NCBI RefSeq assembly: GCF_006345805.1
Contig: NC_042997.1
Location: 111,228,001-111,292,000, forward strand
Direction: 5' to 3'
DNA from: Octopus sinensis
Lineage: Eukaryota
DNA: 64,000 nt
The notes below the pieces were generated by a model, which worked only from the letters and a program-made list of their open reading frames with translations, searched no databases and had not been told where the DNA came from. Numbering within the stretch: the first letter of the stretch is position 1; each line of letters starts with the position of its first letter. Of this stretch, positions 39,431-53,200 are shown one piece after another. Made by a program: the position numbers and the translations under genes.

Positions 39431-39759
39431 CTCCCCCCTCCTCATCTAACCCCCCTCTCCCCCCCTCCTCACCTATCCTTCCCCCCGACCCCTACTTCTT
39501 CAGTCCTTCATCCTTTCACCCCTACTCCCCTTCCCTTCTTCCCCTCCCTCCTTCCCTCTTCCCCTTCCTCCCCCCTGCTCCCTCACTCCCCTTCTCTCTC
39601 TCCCTCCCCCTCTTTCCTCCTCCTCCCCTTCCTTCTCCCCCTCCTCTCCTCCCCCTCTTCTTCCCTTCCCTTCTCCCCCTCCCCCTCTTCTCCTCTACAC
39701 CACACCACTTTACACATCACATCATATATGATGTGCCATACTAATACATACACCAACTA

Positions 39760-39972
39760 ATACATACTAATACGTACTAATACATACTAATACATACACC
39801 AACCCTATACATACACACGTCCAGACCCCTCATACGCACTTACACTCTCTCATACACACACACACACACTTATACATACTAATACGTACTAATACATACT
39901 AATACATACTAATACATACACCAACCCCATACATACGCCTGTCCAGACCTATCCTACGCACTAATACTCTCT

Positions 39973-40007
<35 letters not shown>

Positions 40008-40070
40008 ATACATACTAATACATACACCAACCCTATACATACACACGTCCAGACCCCTCCTACGCACTAA
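39760..40070 (+). repeat. About 120-bp degenerate tandem repeat (2.5-3 copies), probably PLE 3' UTR
   Basis: Recurrent tactaatacatacaccaaccc..catac..gtccagacc..tacgcact. Confidence 0.75.
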
Positions 40071-40398
40071 TAGGTGGTCATTCAACCCTGTTATCAACCC
40101 TATTATCTCCCCTTATTTCGCTCTCGCGTCTCATGTTTGATCTTTGACTTCTGGCCGAAATCAGATCGCCATGTTGATTCGTTAGTTACTGCACGCATTT
40201 TTTCTCTCCTTCTTTCTGTGTTTTTTTTTCTCTCTGTGTATCTTTCTGTTGAAGAGCGTAGGCTCGAACGTTAAAGACTTGTTTTATTTATATTTCCTGA
40301 GCGCCATACTAATACAATTGTTTGTTTGTTTTCCACCTGCCTTCGTCTTTTGTCTTTTCATAAAGCTTCCCGTTATATATATATATATATATATATAG

Positions 40399-40454
<56 letters not shown>

Positions 40455-40459
<5 letters not shown>

Positions 40460-40780
40460 TGTATAAAGGACCATGGGTGAGGCCAGAACAATGCGAAGTA
40501 AATGCAAGGTAAATCATAAGAAAACAAATATGTGAATTAATGTAGACTTAACTTGTATTCAAAATTTCGGGGTTATGACCCCATTTTCAGGTAATCGACA
40601 ACTGTTGCCGATGTGCACGTCGGCAGCATTCGTTTATTTTCTTGAAAATGGTGTCATAACCCCGAAATATTGAATACAAAGTAAGTCTACATTAATTCAG
40701 ATATTTGTTGTTTTCTTGTGATTTAAGTTGCATTTACTTCGCATTGTTTTGGCCTCGCACACGGTCCTTTATACAATATA
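40455..40780. repeat. 326-bp imperfect palindrome
   Basis: Arms of about 140 bp; inner tgccga/tcggca hairpin. Confidence 0.88.
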
Positions 40781-41782
40781 TTCTACGCAATGTTTCCATG
40801 CTACATAGTAATTATTCCATTATATATATGTGACATGTCAAAAGCACCGTCCGAACATGGCAGATGCCAGCGCCGCCTGACTGGCGTCCGTGTCGGTGAC
40901 ACGTAAAAGCACCAACCGATCGTGGCCGTTTGCCAGCCTCATCTGGCCCCTGTGCCGGTGGCACATAAAAAGCACCCACTACACTCACGGAGTGGTTGCC
41001 GTTAAGAAGCGCATCCAGCTGTAGAAACACTGCCAGATCAGACTGGAGCCTGGTGCAGCCTCCTGGCTTCCCAGACTCCAGTCGAACCGTCCAACCCATG
41101 CTAGCATGGAAAATGGACGTTAAACGATGATGATGATGATATATATATGGAAGGAAAAATCTGAAAATGCAGGAGTCTGTTAAAAGTATTTTTAAAAGTA
41201 AAGACTTAAAAAAAAACTCCTTCCTTTCCAGTGTGGCATTCAATCAAATAATAATATAAATAATATGCATACAAGCATATATGGGTACTGGATGTCACCA
41301 AACAGTAAACACCATGAAATACGAAAACAAATGTGTTGAATACACAAACAATGAGAGAAATAAATGGAAAACAAGACAAGTAACATAAAGAACAGCCCTT
41401 CATCAGTTGTCGGCTGTCTATCTACTTCTCATTTCGAGCATTCAATGACAATATGAGTCTACAAAGGCAGTTGCTCTCACAAATACCAAAATAAAATAGC
41501 GAACACTGGAGAACTATTTTCTTTGACAAGAGTAAAGCTAGGAGAGAGATAGACAGGATACGTCCACCTTCTGGGACAGCCCTGAAAGAAAAGAAAGATG
41601 ATCACGTGAGGAAAAGAGAGATGGACGATGGTCACGTGTGAGCAACGAGAGAGAGTAAAGGAGAAAAAGGAATTAGAGAAAGGATGACAGAGAAAACAGT
41701 ATACTGTAGAGTTGCACCAAAAAGATTAAGATAAACTTAATTGGAAATGGATGCCTGGCATTCAATCAAATAATATAAATAA

Positions 41783-41818
<36 letters not shown>

Positions 41819-41850
41819 TGTATGTATGTATGTATGTATGTATGTATGTA

Positions 41851-41905
<55 letters not shown>

Positions 41906-42274
41906 TATATATATAATATATATATATATAATATATATATATATATATACACACATACACATATACACATTGTTGTTGAGTTTATTTGAGATAAGCTATA
42001 GCCTTATGACGTCTGCCCAGAGTTGCATCACTTAGGCATTTCCCATTGATAACAGCTAAGGACCTAGAAACATCGATGTCTGGCAATCCGGAGAGATAGT
42101 GTCACTGGACAGAGATGGTGCTTTCACACCTTTTTACCAGAAGAGAAAATTTTCTCCTCGGTAACTGCAGTGACTTTGCCTTTCAGTAGTTAAAATAAGT
42201 CACAAATATATTTTAAGTAACCTAAACTTTGCTTATGCCTAAACACTGCTTGGCGCTAATATTTTGGTTATATA

Positions 42275-42516
42275 TAGGGTTGGCCAAAAGTCACCCGACA
42301 GTAAATCAAAATTCCATAAATATTTAATATTCAATTTTAATTATTCATTCCAATTATGAAAGTTTAATAATTGAATGTTGTTTGTTAAAATCACCGGGTT
42401 TTTTGTTCAACATTTGTCTATTTATTAGCGATGTCTCATATAAAGTAATTTTTCGGTTTAATTTTGGAATTAAATGGGATTTTGACTTAATGTCAGGAGA
42501 CTTTTGGCCAACCCTG
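42275..42516. mobile_element. Tc1/mariner-type MITE (242 bp)
   Basis: TIRs (t/c)agggttggccaaaagtc..c.gaca, TA TSD. Confidence 0.85.
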
Positions 42517-43294
42517 TATATATGCATGTATGTATGTATATATATATTAATAATAATATGACAACAAAAGAATGAATGAGACCTAGATATTATGTAAATA
42601 GAGGAATTTATCTATAAATAGCTCGGGCATCTGAAACTCTGAGTATTATTATGACAACTGATTGTCCTATATTATATATATGTATGTGTGTGTATGTATG
42701 TATGCATAATGAATCCAAACAAAGAAGAACAAACAAGAAAAAACAATAACGCGAGAACGTGATACAAATACTGTATTTGTTCAGGAAAGGAAGGGGAGAG
42801 GATTTTATGTTTTGAGCAAAGCTCTTCTTCAGAAAGAGAGGAAAGTCCAAAAAATGGAAGACAGAAGGAGAAAATCGTCAACGATACACATGTGGTTATA
42901 TATATTTATATATATACATGTACACATACACATATATATGATGTGAGTGTGTGTGAAATGACAGTTCTTTTGCTCAAGAGCATAACGCATTGTCCATTCC
43001 TGGAGTTGAAACCACAATTTTACCACAATGCATGCAACACCCTGACTACTAATGTGCATCCATACACACAAAACTCTCCACTTTACACACACATACACAC
43101 ACAAACACGCACACACACACATATGGGTGCAGGTGTGGCTGTGTGGTAAAAAGTTTGCTTCCCAACCACATGGTTTCGGGTTCAGTCCCGATGTTTAGCA
43201 CCGTGGAAAAGTGTCTTCTACTCTAGCCACGCGATGACCAAATTTTTGTGAGTGGATTTGCTAAACAAACTGAAAGAAGCTCATCATATATATG

Positions 43295-43371
<77 letters not shown>

Positions 43372-43940
43372 GTTTGTGTGTTTGTGTGTTAAGTGGCTGT
43401 TTGTCCTCCAGCACCGCTTGACACCCGGTGTTGTTTTGTTTGCATCCCCTAACTTAGCGCAACGACAAAAGAGGCCGTTAGTACGCATACCAAGGCTTAA
43501 AAAATAATAATAAGTATCGGGAGTTGATTCATTCGACTACAAATTCTTTAACATGGCATGCCAGCATGGCCGCAGTCTAATGAAAGAAACAAAAGACAAA
43601 AGAAAAAAAACAAAACGGTAGAGCCCATCGTGTTTGCATTTCGTGCACAAGCCGGTGTCCGTCAGCTATTTTCTACTTTCAGCAATATTGTTACATTGAG
43701 AGCTGCTGTCTAAGTAGGTGACTATTTATATTTCAATGGTCTCACACAGTTTTATTTCAGCTCCGTCAAACAGCGACGATATTACATTAACTTAGAATCT
43801 CTCCCTCTCTCTCCCCTCACTTTCTCTATCACTCTCTCTCTCTAGTTGTAGTCACTCCCTCTCTCTTTCTCTCTCTGTGTCTGTATGCGAACATTTCTAT
43901 ATGATTATTACTTGCATACACATGTCTGTGCATGTATATA

Positions 43941-43979
<39 letters not shown>

Positions 43980-45077
43980 TTTATTGTCCACAGGGGGCTA
44001 AACACAGAAGGGGACAGACAAGGGGTTTAAGTTGATTACATCGACCTCAGTGAGTAACTTGTACCTTTTTAATCAACCCCAAAAGGATGAAAGGCAAAGT
44101 CGACCTTGGCGGAATTTGAACTCAGAACATAACGGCAGATGAAATACTGCTAAGCATTTCACCTGGCATGCAAACGATTCAGCCATCTCACCGTGTATAT
44201 ATATGTGTGTGTGTATGTCTGTATGTATATATACATATGTGTGTGTGTGCTTAAATACATATGTGTATACATACATTTATGTATGCATGTATAAATCTCT
44301 CTCTCTCTCTCTCTGTATATATATATATATATATAAATTTATATATACATCATCATCATCATCATCACGTATGTATATATATATTTATATATACATATAC
44401 ATATGTCTATATATACGTGACGTGTGTATATGTACACATACATAGATGTGTGTGTGTATGTGCATATACAGATTAATAAAACGATAGACAGACAGATCTG
44501 CATGATATATCCCTATTGCAATTTATTGGTTGAGTGAATAAAAATACGTTTTGTGCAACATCAATGTTTTTTCCTCACATTACAACGTAAGTGATTGTGT
44601 CTTAGCATGCAATTGTTCAGTGGGTACTTATTACTGACGGAGCGCAATAGGGTAGAAATACATGTACCAGTACCACAACAACTGGTGGACAAGATTTCTC
44701 AGCTATTGAAACACTTTCGTGTATTCCAGACGGTACGTTCATAAGTTATGTGAGGACGAATGACACAGTTAATTGGTATTTTTTTTATGTATCTGTGTTA
44801 ACTCTGATATATATGTTTGTGTGTCTGTGTTTGTCAACCTGCCCCATCACCGCTTGACAACCGATGTTGGAGTGTTTACGTCCCTGTAACTTAGCAGTTC
44901 GGCAAAATAGAACCGATAGGATAGGTACTAGGTTTACAAAGAATAAGTCCTGGTGTCAATTCATTTGATTAAAGGTGGTGCTCCAGCATAGTCAAATAAC
45001 TGCAGTCAAATAACTGAAAGAAGGAAAAGTATAAAAGAATATATAAATAAATATATATATATATATATATATTATAT

Positions 45078-45132
<55 letters not shown>

Positions 45133-45527
45133 AGAATTGGTATAAATAATAGTCATTACATTTTTTCCTTTATTGCTGGCTTATAGCTGTTTCTAGTAGT
45201 TATTATAGGTTTGTTACTAATAGTTTTACTGAATTGTTATATTAATCAGTTGAGAAAAGTTGAATGACCAAAAAGATTAATGCTACTTTCAACAAACACA
45301 TACATGTATATATGTACATACATATATAAATAATAATAGTAATAAATAGATACAAATGATGTTGACTTTTCAGTTGCGTTACAAACGTTTCTGTTAGAAT
45401 GACTATACTTTATTAATAGATTACACAATAGAACAAATGATCAAAATCACCTTCCTCAGACATGAATTGTATTATCAATACACAATTCATTAAACATTAC
45501 ATTGTACACATACACACCTGCTAGACG

Positions 45528-45565
<38 letters not shown>

Positions 45566-45891
45566 AATATATATATATATATATAGATATATATATATCT
45601 AATTAATTAATAAGGTGAAGAATTAGATACTAATTTAATAGTATATTATCAACACCAAGTGGCCTAGTGCATCGAAACCTGGAGTGTATAATATTTTATA
45701 ATATATTACAATATTTTTACAAAATAAATATAAGAGAGTGGTCACTATATGGCTCACTCTAGCACCATTATCAAAAGTTTCAAACCACAAATACATGTTT
45801 CCCATGAAGTCAGTACGATTGTTATTATTTTATCTTTTTCAGCTCACGAGCTGTGGCCATGCTGGGGCAATATATATATATATATATATTA

Positions 45892-45939
<48 letters not shown>

Positions 45940-46796
45940 ATATATACATATATATATATATATATCTATACATCGCTATTTTCTTTTCATTCTGGTCTAA
46001 CGGCACTCCATGTTTGTTTTCGCGTGTGTGTTTATGTTTGTCAACCACTGTCACTTCTTGACAACTGGTGCTGGTGTATCTACGACCTCGTAACTTAGCA
46101 GTTCGGCAAAAGTACCCGATAAGATACGTATCAAATTGGTGCTGGAATCGATTCATTCGGCGAAAAAATTCTTCAAGAAGGTGCTCCAGTGTGGCCATAG
46201 TCTAATTACTGAAACAAAAGTTCAAAGATGAAGACCTCGATGAAGGCCACTTAGCTCATGGGCTGTGTCTTGTCTGTCTTAGACCTCGTGACCTATGTGA
46301 CAGCCTGTCCCCACTCAAGTACAATATATTACATATACTCTTTCTCTACTCTTTTACTCTTTTACTTGTTTCAGTCATTTGACTGCGGCCATGCTGGAGC
46401 ACCGCCTTTTTTAACCCCGGGACTTATTCTTTTGTAAGCCCAGTACTTATTCTATCGGTCTCTTTTGCCGAACCGCTAGGTGACGGGGACATAAACACAC
46501 CAGCATCGGTTGTCAAGCAATGCTAGGGGGACAAACACAGACACACAAACACACACACGCATATATATATACATATATACGACGGGCTTCTTTCAGTTTC
46601 CGTCTACCAAATCCACTCACAAGGCTTTGGTCGGCCCGAGGCTATAGTAGAAGACACTTGCCCAAGGTGCCACGCAGTGGGACTGAACTCGGAACCATGT
46701 GGTTGGTAAACAAGCTACTTACCACACAGCCACTCCTACGCCTATGTGGAACAAGTATAGTGGTATTGGACGCTCAGGAAAGGAAAGGAAGAAGGA

Positions 46797-46835
46797 GGAT
46801 TTAACGTTTCGAGCGGAGCTCTTCGTCAGAAACAT
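46797..46835 (-). ncRNA. Minimal hammerhead motif (copy 1 of tandem pair)
   Basis: gttt-CTGACGA-a-gagc-tcc-gctc-GAAACGTT-aaat. Confidence 0.6.
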
Positions 46836-46908
46836 ATGAAAAGGAAAGATCCAAGGAAGGGAAGACAGAGGAAAAATATCGCCAATGGTACACACGCGCG
46901 GTCACATT

Positions 46909-46975
<67 letters not shown>

Positions 46976-47855
46976 TATATACACACATAAACTTATACAT
47001 GCGCATGCTCGCAAAAAATTCACTGAATGGTAGCAAATTGCCCCGTACCGCCTTAAAAATAGAGGACACATTGGACCTAGATATATTATGTCTAGTTTAA
47101 TGAATAAAAGTCGACCGGTAGGAGCAGAAAAACATCGATAAGTAGGCAGATAAATCGATCGATCAATAGAGATACATGTGTGCATATATGTGTGTGTATA
47201 TATGTGTGTGTGTATGTATATATATATGTGTGTGTGTGTGTGTATGTATATATATATATGTATATATGTGTATGTATATATATGTATATATATATGTATA
47301 TATGTGTGTGGCTGTGTGGTAAGTAGCTTGCTTACAAAACACACGGTTCTCGGTTCAGTCCCACTGTGTGGCACCATGGGCAAGTGTCTTCTACTATAGC
47401 CTCGGGCCAACCAAAGCTTCGTGAGTGGATTTGGTAGATGGAAACTGAAAGAAGCTCGTCGTATGTATGTATATATATCTGTATGTGTGTGTATATGTTT
47501 GTGTGTCTGTGTTTTTTCCCCCCAAACATCACTTGACAACCAATGTCGGTGTGTTTACATCCCTGTAATCTAGCGGTTCCGCAAAAGAGACCGATAGAAT
47601 AAGTACTAGGTTTACAAAGAATAAGTCCTGGGGTTGATTTGCTTGACTAAAGGTGGTGCTCCAGCATGGTCACAGTCAAATGACTGAAACATTTAAAACA
47701 GTAAAAAGAGTATGTGTGTGTGTACATATATAATTATATGCACATATATATATATATAGTTAATCCAAACATGAAAACACAATGAGAAAACACAACGCGG
47801 GGACGTGGAACAAGTATAGTGGTATTGGACGCTCAGGAAAGGAAAGGAAGAAGGA

Positions 47856-47894
47856 GGATTTAACGTTTCGAGCGGAGCTCTTCGTCAGAAACAT
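47856..47894 (-). ncRNA. Minimal hammerhead motif (copy 2 of tandem pair)
   Basis: Identical to 46797-46835, offset 1059 nt; CpG-decayed homologue at about 42800-42835. Confidence 0.6.
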
Positions 47895-47965
47895 ATGAAA
47901 AGGAAAGATCCAAGGAAGGGAAGACAGAGGAAAAAAATCGCCAATGGTACACACGCGGTCACATT

Positions 47966-48014
<49 letters not shown>

Positions 48015-49079
48015 TATACATATATACACACATAAACTTACTTGGAATATATATGTAGATAGTTATAGACAGACAAACAGGCATATATGTAGACAGAGAA
48101 AATGAGAGAGAGAGAGAAACAGAGAGACAGAGATAGCTACATTGTTTGATAGGGATAGATAGATAGATACATGACAGATAGATGACAGACAATCAGACAG
48201 ACAGACAGACAGATAGATAACAGACAGACTGATAGATGACAGACAAGCAGACAGACAGACAGGTAGACATACATGCATACAGACAGACAGAGAGGCAGAC
48301 AGACAGATAGATAGATATGAAGTGATGAATAGTGAAGTTGAAGAGTTTGCTTGAGAGAGAGAGAGGGGGGAGGGAGAGAGAGAGAGAGAGGAAGAGTGAG
48401 TTAAGGAATTATTGAAAGAGAGGAAGAGAATGTAGAATTGGGTGAATTCCGATGATTTTGTCTTGGAGAATGAAAACGACAAGAAATAAAGAAGAAAGAA
48501 AAAGATCAGAAGGAAATCGGTGCCTGGAAGACAAAAGTAAGCAAGAAATATGGTTGGAACTGTTGTAATATAAAGGAGTGGGGTAGGGTGGAGTAGGGTG
48601 TGGGGGAAGAAGAATGGTGAGCGGTAGAGACAGTGGAGCAGGAGGGGTGACAGCTGAGTGGTGGTGGTGGTGGTGGAGCAGGAAGAGGAGAAAAGTAAGT
48701 AGAGGCAGGGGAGAGATGATGATGGAGAGACAAAGAGACGTATGCTGGTGATGGTGGTAGTGGTGGTGGTGCTTGTGACAGTGGTGGTGATGGTAATAGT
48801 GGTGGTGGTGGTGGTGGTGTTCAATGAAGAAAGGAATGTGTGGAATATAAAACGAGAAAACAAAAAGGTAAAAAAAATATAAGAAAAAAAAACAAGGAAT
48901 ATTACGAGACAAAAGAGAAATTAGAAATAAATGGTAACAACAACAACAGCATCAATAGTAATAATAACAATAATAATTATAAAAAGAATAACAATTATAA
49001 GAAGAAGAAAAACAACAAAGTAAATTACGACAAAAATTCCGAAGATGGGAAAAAAATCAAACGGAAAGAATAATTTGCG

Positions 49080-49132
<53 letters not shown>

Positions 49133-49547
49133 GGTGGTGGTGGTGGTGGTGGCGGCGGCGATGGCAGTGTCGGCGGCGTGGAGTTAATTCCAACAGAAGA
49201 CAAAGTGGCACACATTCTAAAGGTGAGAACAGTCCAATCCTCCAACTATGATTCCATTTATATCTCATATCGATACTTGCATCGATTACGACCCGTCTCC
49301 TTTACTCTCAATATATAACTGGTACACCGTTTCATATCACACGGTCCAGTATCTGGTGACATTCGCCGCGAGTCCATCCACTTCCCGTATAAGCTCGGCA
49401 ATAAACAGCTGGACGGAACTAAATACGACAAGACATCTTATCCGATGCTCTACCGACTCAGCTAGCAATCCTTTGAAAAGATTATGCCAGTGTACCAGTC
49501 GCTGCTGTCATCCATAGCAGCCAAATCAACCTCAAATCAGTACTTAC

Positions 49548-49769
49548 CGTCTTAAAAATGGAAGGACACATTGCGCATTGTGGTTGTAGATCCAATATGA
49601 ATGGAAATCAGACTGGATTGCTTTGATGATCCCTTTCTACTCCATCTGGGCTCCTTGCCTGGGTCTAAACGACTACAACCACAACAACAGCAGCAGCAAT
49701 AACACCACTACCACCAACAACAACAACAACAATAACAACAACAGCAGCAGCAGCAGCAATGTCAAAAGC
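49548..49769 (-). other. Possible non-coding (5' UTR) exon
   Basis: Acceptor ccattcttgtcttcag| at 49770 (alternative gtgtttctactgcag| at 49896) and donor acg|GTAAGT at 49547; no ATG-led frame reads through the donor. Confidence 0.3.
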
Positions 49770-50494
49770 CTGAAGACAAGAATGGCGGCCAAAAACTGGT
49801 GAATCGATTGTGAAGTCAGTGAAAATGTCAGATGAGAAGTTGAGAGGTTTGTGTCAAGGGAGCAGAATGAAGAGCCACAACGAAGACAGCAACATCTGCA
49901 GTAGAAACACCAACAACAGCAACAACAAACGCGGGAAAGGAAAACAGCAGCAGCCGAAACAACCAGTTCTCAGCTTTGCTGCTGTTCATCAAAAGTTAAC
50001 GGAGTCTATTAAAACCACGGCACAGTGTTGACGTTAAGACATTGGCAAACGTTTAACAGTAATAAACGAAAACATTTAGTATTGATAAACACAAACTGTT
50101 CAATGGAAGCGTAACAGAGAGGAGGTATCGGCTGTGAATGTAACACCTGGCTTCTGGCGATCTTTGTAGAGCCATGTGAGGCGGGGGTGGGGTGGGGGTG
50201 GAGTAGAAGTGAGGCTAAATGGTAAATGGGATGTGAAGGGGTCAGCACAGATTTTTTTTTAAAGTCCTTATGCCCTCTCAAGACCAGAAGGTCAGTCGGG
50301 CGTTTTGTCCTGTTTGTGGTCGTAGAAGTGCAGAAATGGAAGTTTGACTGTTATAATTGTAGGGGGAGGATCCACTCGGGGAGGGGGATGTTACAGTTGG
50401 TGGGGTGGGGATGGAAAGATAGATAGGGTGGTAGGATTGTGGGTAGATAGATAGATAGGTAGGTAGGTAGGTAGGTATGTGGGTAAATAGATAG

Positions 50495-51285
50495 ATATGT
50501 TTCTTTATTAGCCACACAGGGTTGCACACAGATGGGACAGATTACAAAGTAGAGCTTTTCTTTTTGGGGAGAGAGAAAAAAAAGTGGGGTAGGTTTTCGA
50601 TCAAAAGGGATCGTAAAAGGGAAAGAAAAAATGAAAAAGAAAAAAAGGGGAAAGGAAAAAAACGATCAATAGGGATCGTGTATCACAGAAATTCATGATA
50701 TAAAGTGTAAAGGGGGAGGCAGATAAGGTTTATCCGTGGAAAGAAAAGCCTACGGAAAAGACCACAGTAACCTCGGTCAATAATGTTACATGTTACTACA
50801 TTTGTTTGCAAGTAGGTAACCCTCTGTTTTAAATTTTTCCGGGTTCATAGGATTATGCTCAAGGTGGCTTCGTCGTTCATACGTGCCATCCTTGCAACAT
50901 TCACCCATCTTTTTTTGAAACATTCGCTAGACAAAACTTGCCTCTCTACTCTCACTTTCCTTTTCAAGTGATACTTGAAGAAGTTGATGAGAAATTGACC
51001 AGAGAGGAAAGTGTGTGTCTCCAATCCTTCCAGACGCGTCCACCAGATACATTCTTTCGCCATAGCCACAAGTATGATGAAAATAGCTCTTCCTTCCCGT
51101 TTGAAGGAAGGAGGCGTGACGACATTGACGATAGACTCGGCTGATAAACCGACTCGTCCCACACGTAACAGCAGTCGTTCAACATAAGTCCTCAAGTCGA
51201 AAATGGTTGGACACTGCACTAGTGCGTGCAGAACGGTTTCGTCGCTCTTATCTATCTTTCCCACTGTCTTGATATTGATTGGTTG
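50495..51285 (-). mobile_element. Tx1/L1-clade LINE 3' end
   Basis: ETVLHALVQCP zinc-knuckle remnant, AKECIWWTR..KRW C-terminus, 3' UTR ending aataaagaaa. Confidence 0.8.
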
Positions 51286-52856
51286 CTTAATAAACTGATC
51301 AGGGGAAAAGATCGTGGCTTGCTCGTGATGCCTGATCGTGTATCCAGCGATTGGGATTCGAATCCCCGCTACAAGATGTTACACACACCAAAACATACAC
51401 ATTTTGTTTATTTAGTGCGAGAACAAGGAACATTTCCCATACACAGTTTCAGAATTATTTCTGGGAACAAGAAACCTTGAGAAATGTTCTTTCTTATGGA
51501 CGACGCTGACGTTCAAAAATAAAGTTTATAAATTTATTACGAATCAATCAGTAAAATCCAATCAGCTTTTTTTTCAAGTGTAATGCTACATACCTTCTAT
51601 AACATGTAGGAAACTGCTGATAGCCTTTGTCAAGAATTAATACCTATGACATGTAGTAAACATATAGTAAATATATAGATATATACACAGGCTTTCCAAA
51701 TACGGGTTCAATCCCATTGCGTCACTTGCGTGTCTTCTGCTATAGCCCCGAGCCGCCCAGTGCCTTATGAGTAAATTTAGTAGACGGAAACTGTGTAGAA
51801 TCCCATTATATATGAGTGAGGTGTGTCTCTATTTGTTTTTGTACCCCACCGCTTCACAACCGATGCTGGTTGTTTACGTTCCCGTAGCTTAGCAACTCGG
51901 CAAAAGAGCGCAATAGAATAGTACCATGGTCGATGTGTTGCATTGACTCTTTCAAGGCGGTGCTCCAGCGTGGCTGCAGTCCAATGACTGAAACAAGTAA
52001 AAAATGTAAGATAAAAAGACGTAATGACTATATTAAATATAAAGTCAACTTATTAAACATGTAGCGAATTTATTAAACATGCAGCAAACATATTGAACAT
52101 GTAGTAAATACATCAAACACGATATCCTTAGGGGAATACAATACCACGTCTTCTATAACATGTAGTAAACATGTAGTAAACTTATTAAACATGTAGCAAC
52201 TCACTGATATCCTTTGCCATTTCAACACGCTCGTAATTTACAGATAAATTATAGACTCCGCGAGAAAATGTGAAGAATTCGCCTTCATTTGCCATTTTTT
52301 CTTATTGCTGTTATTATTATTATTTATGATTCATTTTCTTCTTTTCCTTTCTTTTTGCTTTCAAACTACTTTTTCTCTCCTTACTCTCCACCCAGCAACC
52401 ACTCCCTCTTCCTGCTCTCCTTCCCTGCCATCTTTCCCTCTTCTTCCTCTCCTCTCCACCCCAATCTCTTTTACTCTTCTTATTCTCTCCATTCCATCAT
52501 CTTTCCATCTTTTGCTCTTCTTACCTCTCTCCACTCACCTCATGCCACCCACCAACATCCCCACCGCTTTCAATGATCTCCACTCCGCCATCTTCATTTT
52601 CCTTCAACTCTGTCACCCAACTTTTCTCAATCTTCCAATACTTTGACGACCTAGAAACACCACACACGATATACCCTACCTGCCTTCCACTATACAAACA
52701 GACTATTGCACAATAAGCCCCTATAAAAACAACAACAACTACTACTACTACTTTCTTCTTCTTCTTCTTCTTGTACTTCGTTGCCCTTTTCCCCTCTTAA
52801 ATTCGTTCTGACGTTCTTTTCTTCCGCATTTATCCTCGCTTACTTCCTTTCCTTAC

Positions 52857-53200
52857 CTTAAGTCTCTACTAATCTCGAATCTTTCTTACAATTTTTTCCC
52901 TCTCCCTCTCTCCTTTTTCTTCTTTATCGATATGCAAAGCAAACTTCTCCACTCGTTTCGCTTTCCATTCGATCTCCGCCGCCATCTTTTTTGCAGCAGA
53001 CGATACATTTACTCATTCAGAAAAGCCGTCCATATTAGCCTTGAATTAAAATGAATGGCTGAACTCAGCCAGTATTTACGCGTTGTCGACTTTTCTCCTC
53101 TCTGCCGCCTTGTCAGAATGATGCAAACTTGTTGATTGGCTGTTCTTGCAAGGCGCTATCGAATGATGATTGGACGAAAAAGAGGTTAAATTCCTGTCAC
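52857..53200 (-). promoter_or_regulatory. CpG-rich promoter and putative first exon of an unidentified minus-strand gene
   Basis: Two CCAAT boxes (agccaatc 53135-53139, gtccaatc 53169-53173); YY1-type AAGATGGCGGCGG at about 52976-52988; donors AAG|GTAAGG (52857/52856) and ATT|GTAAGA (52890/52889); local CpG enrichment. Confidence 0.6.

Noticed and set aside
41395-41450. caaCTGATGAaggg half-cores (also about 28605 and about 62815)
   Set aside because: No matching stem II partner followed by GAAA is visible; treated as decayed PLE termini.
43683-43720. Possible 35-nt micro-exon (ttttctactttcag|..tag|gtgact)
   Set aside because: Weak donor and no supporting context.
44620-44735. Possible plus-strand coding exon (GTLLLTERNRVEIHVPVPQQLVDKISQLLKHFRVFQT or GRNTCTSTTTTGGQDFSAIETLSCIPD) ending at |GTACGT
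   Set aside because: Weak acceptors, no recognisable homology, and an open frame this short is expected by chance.
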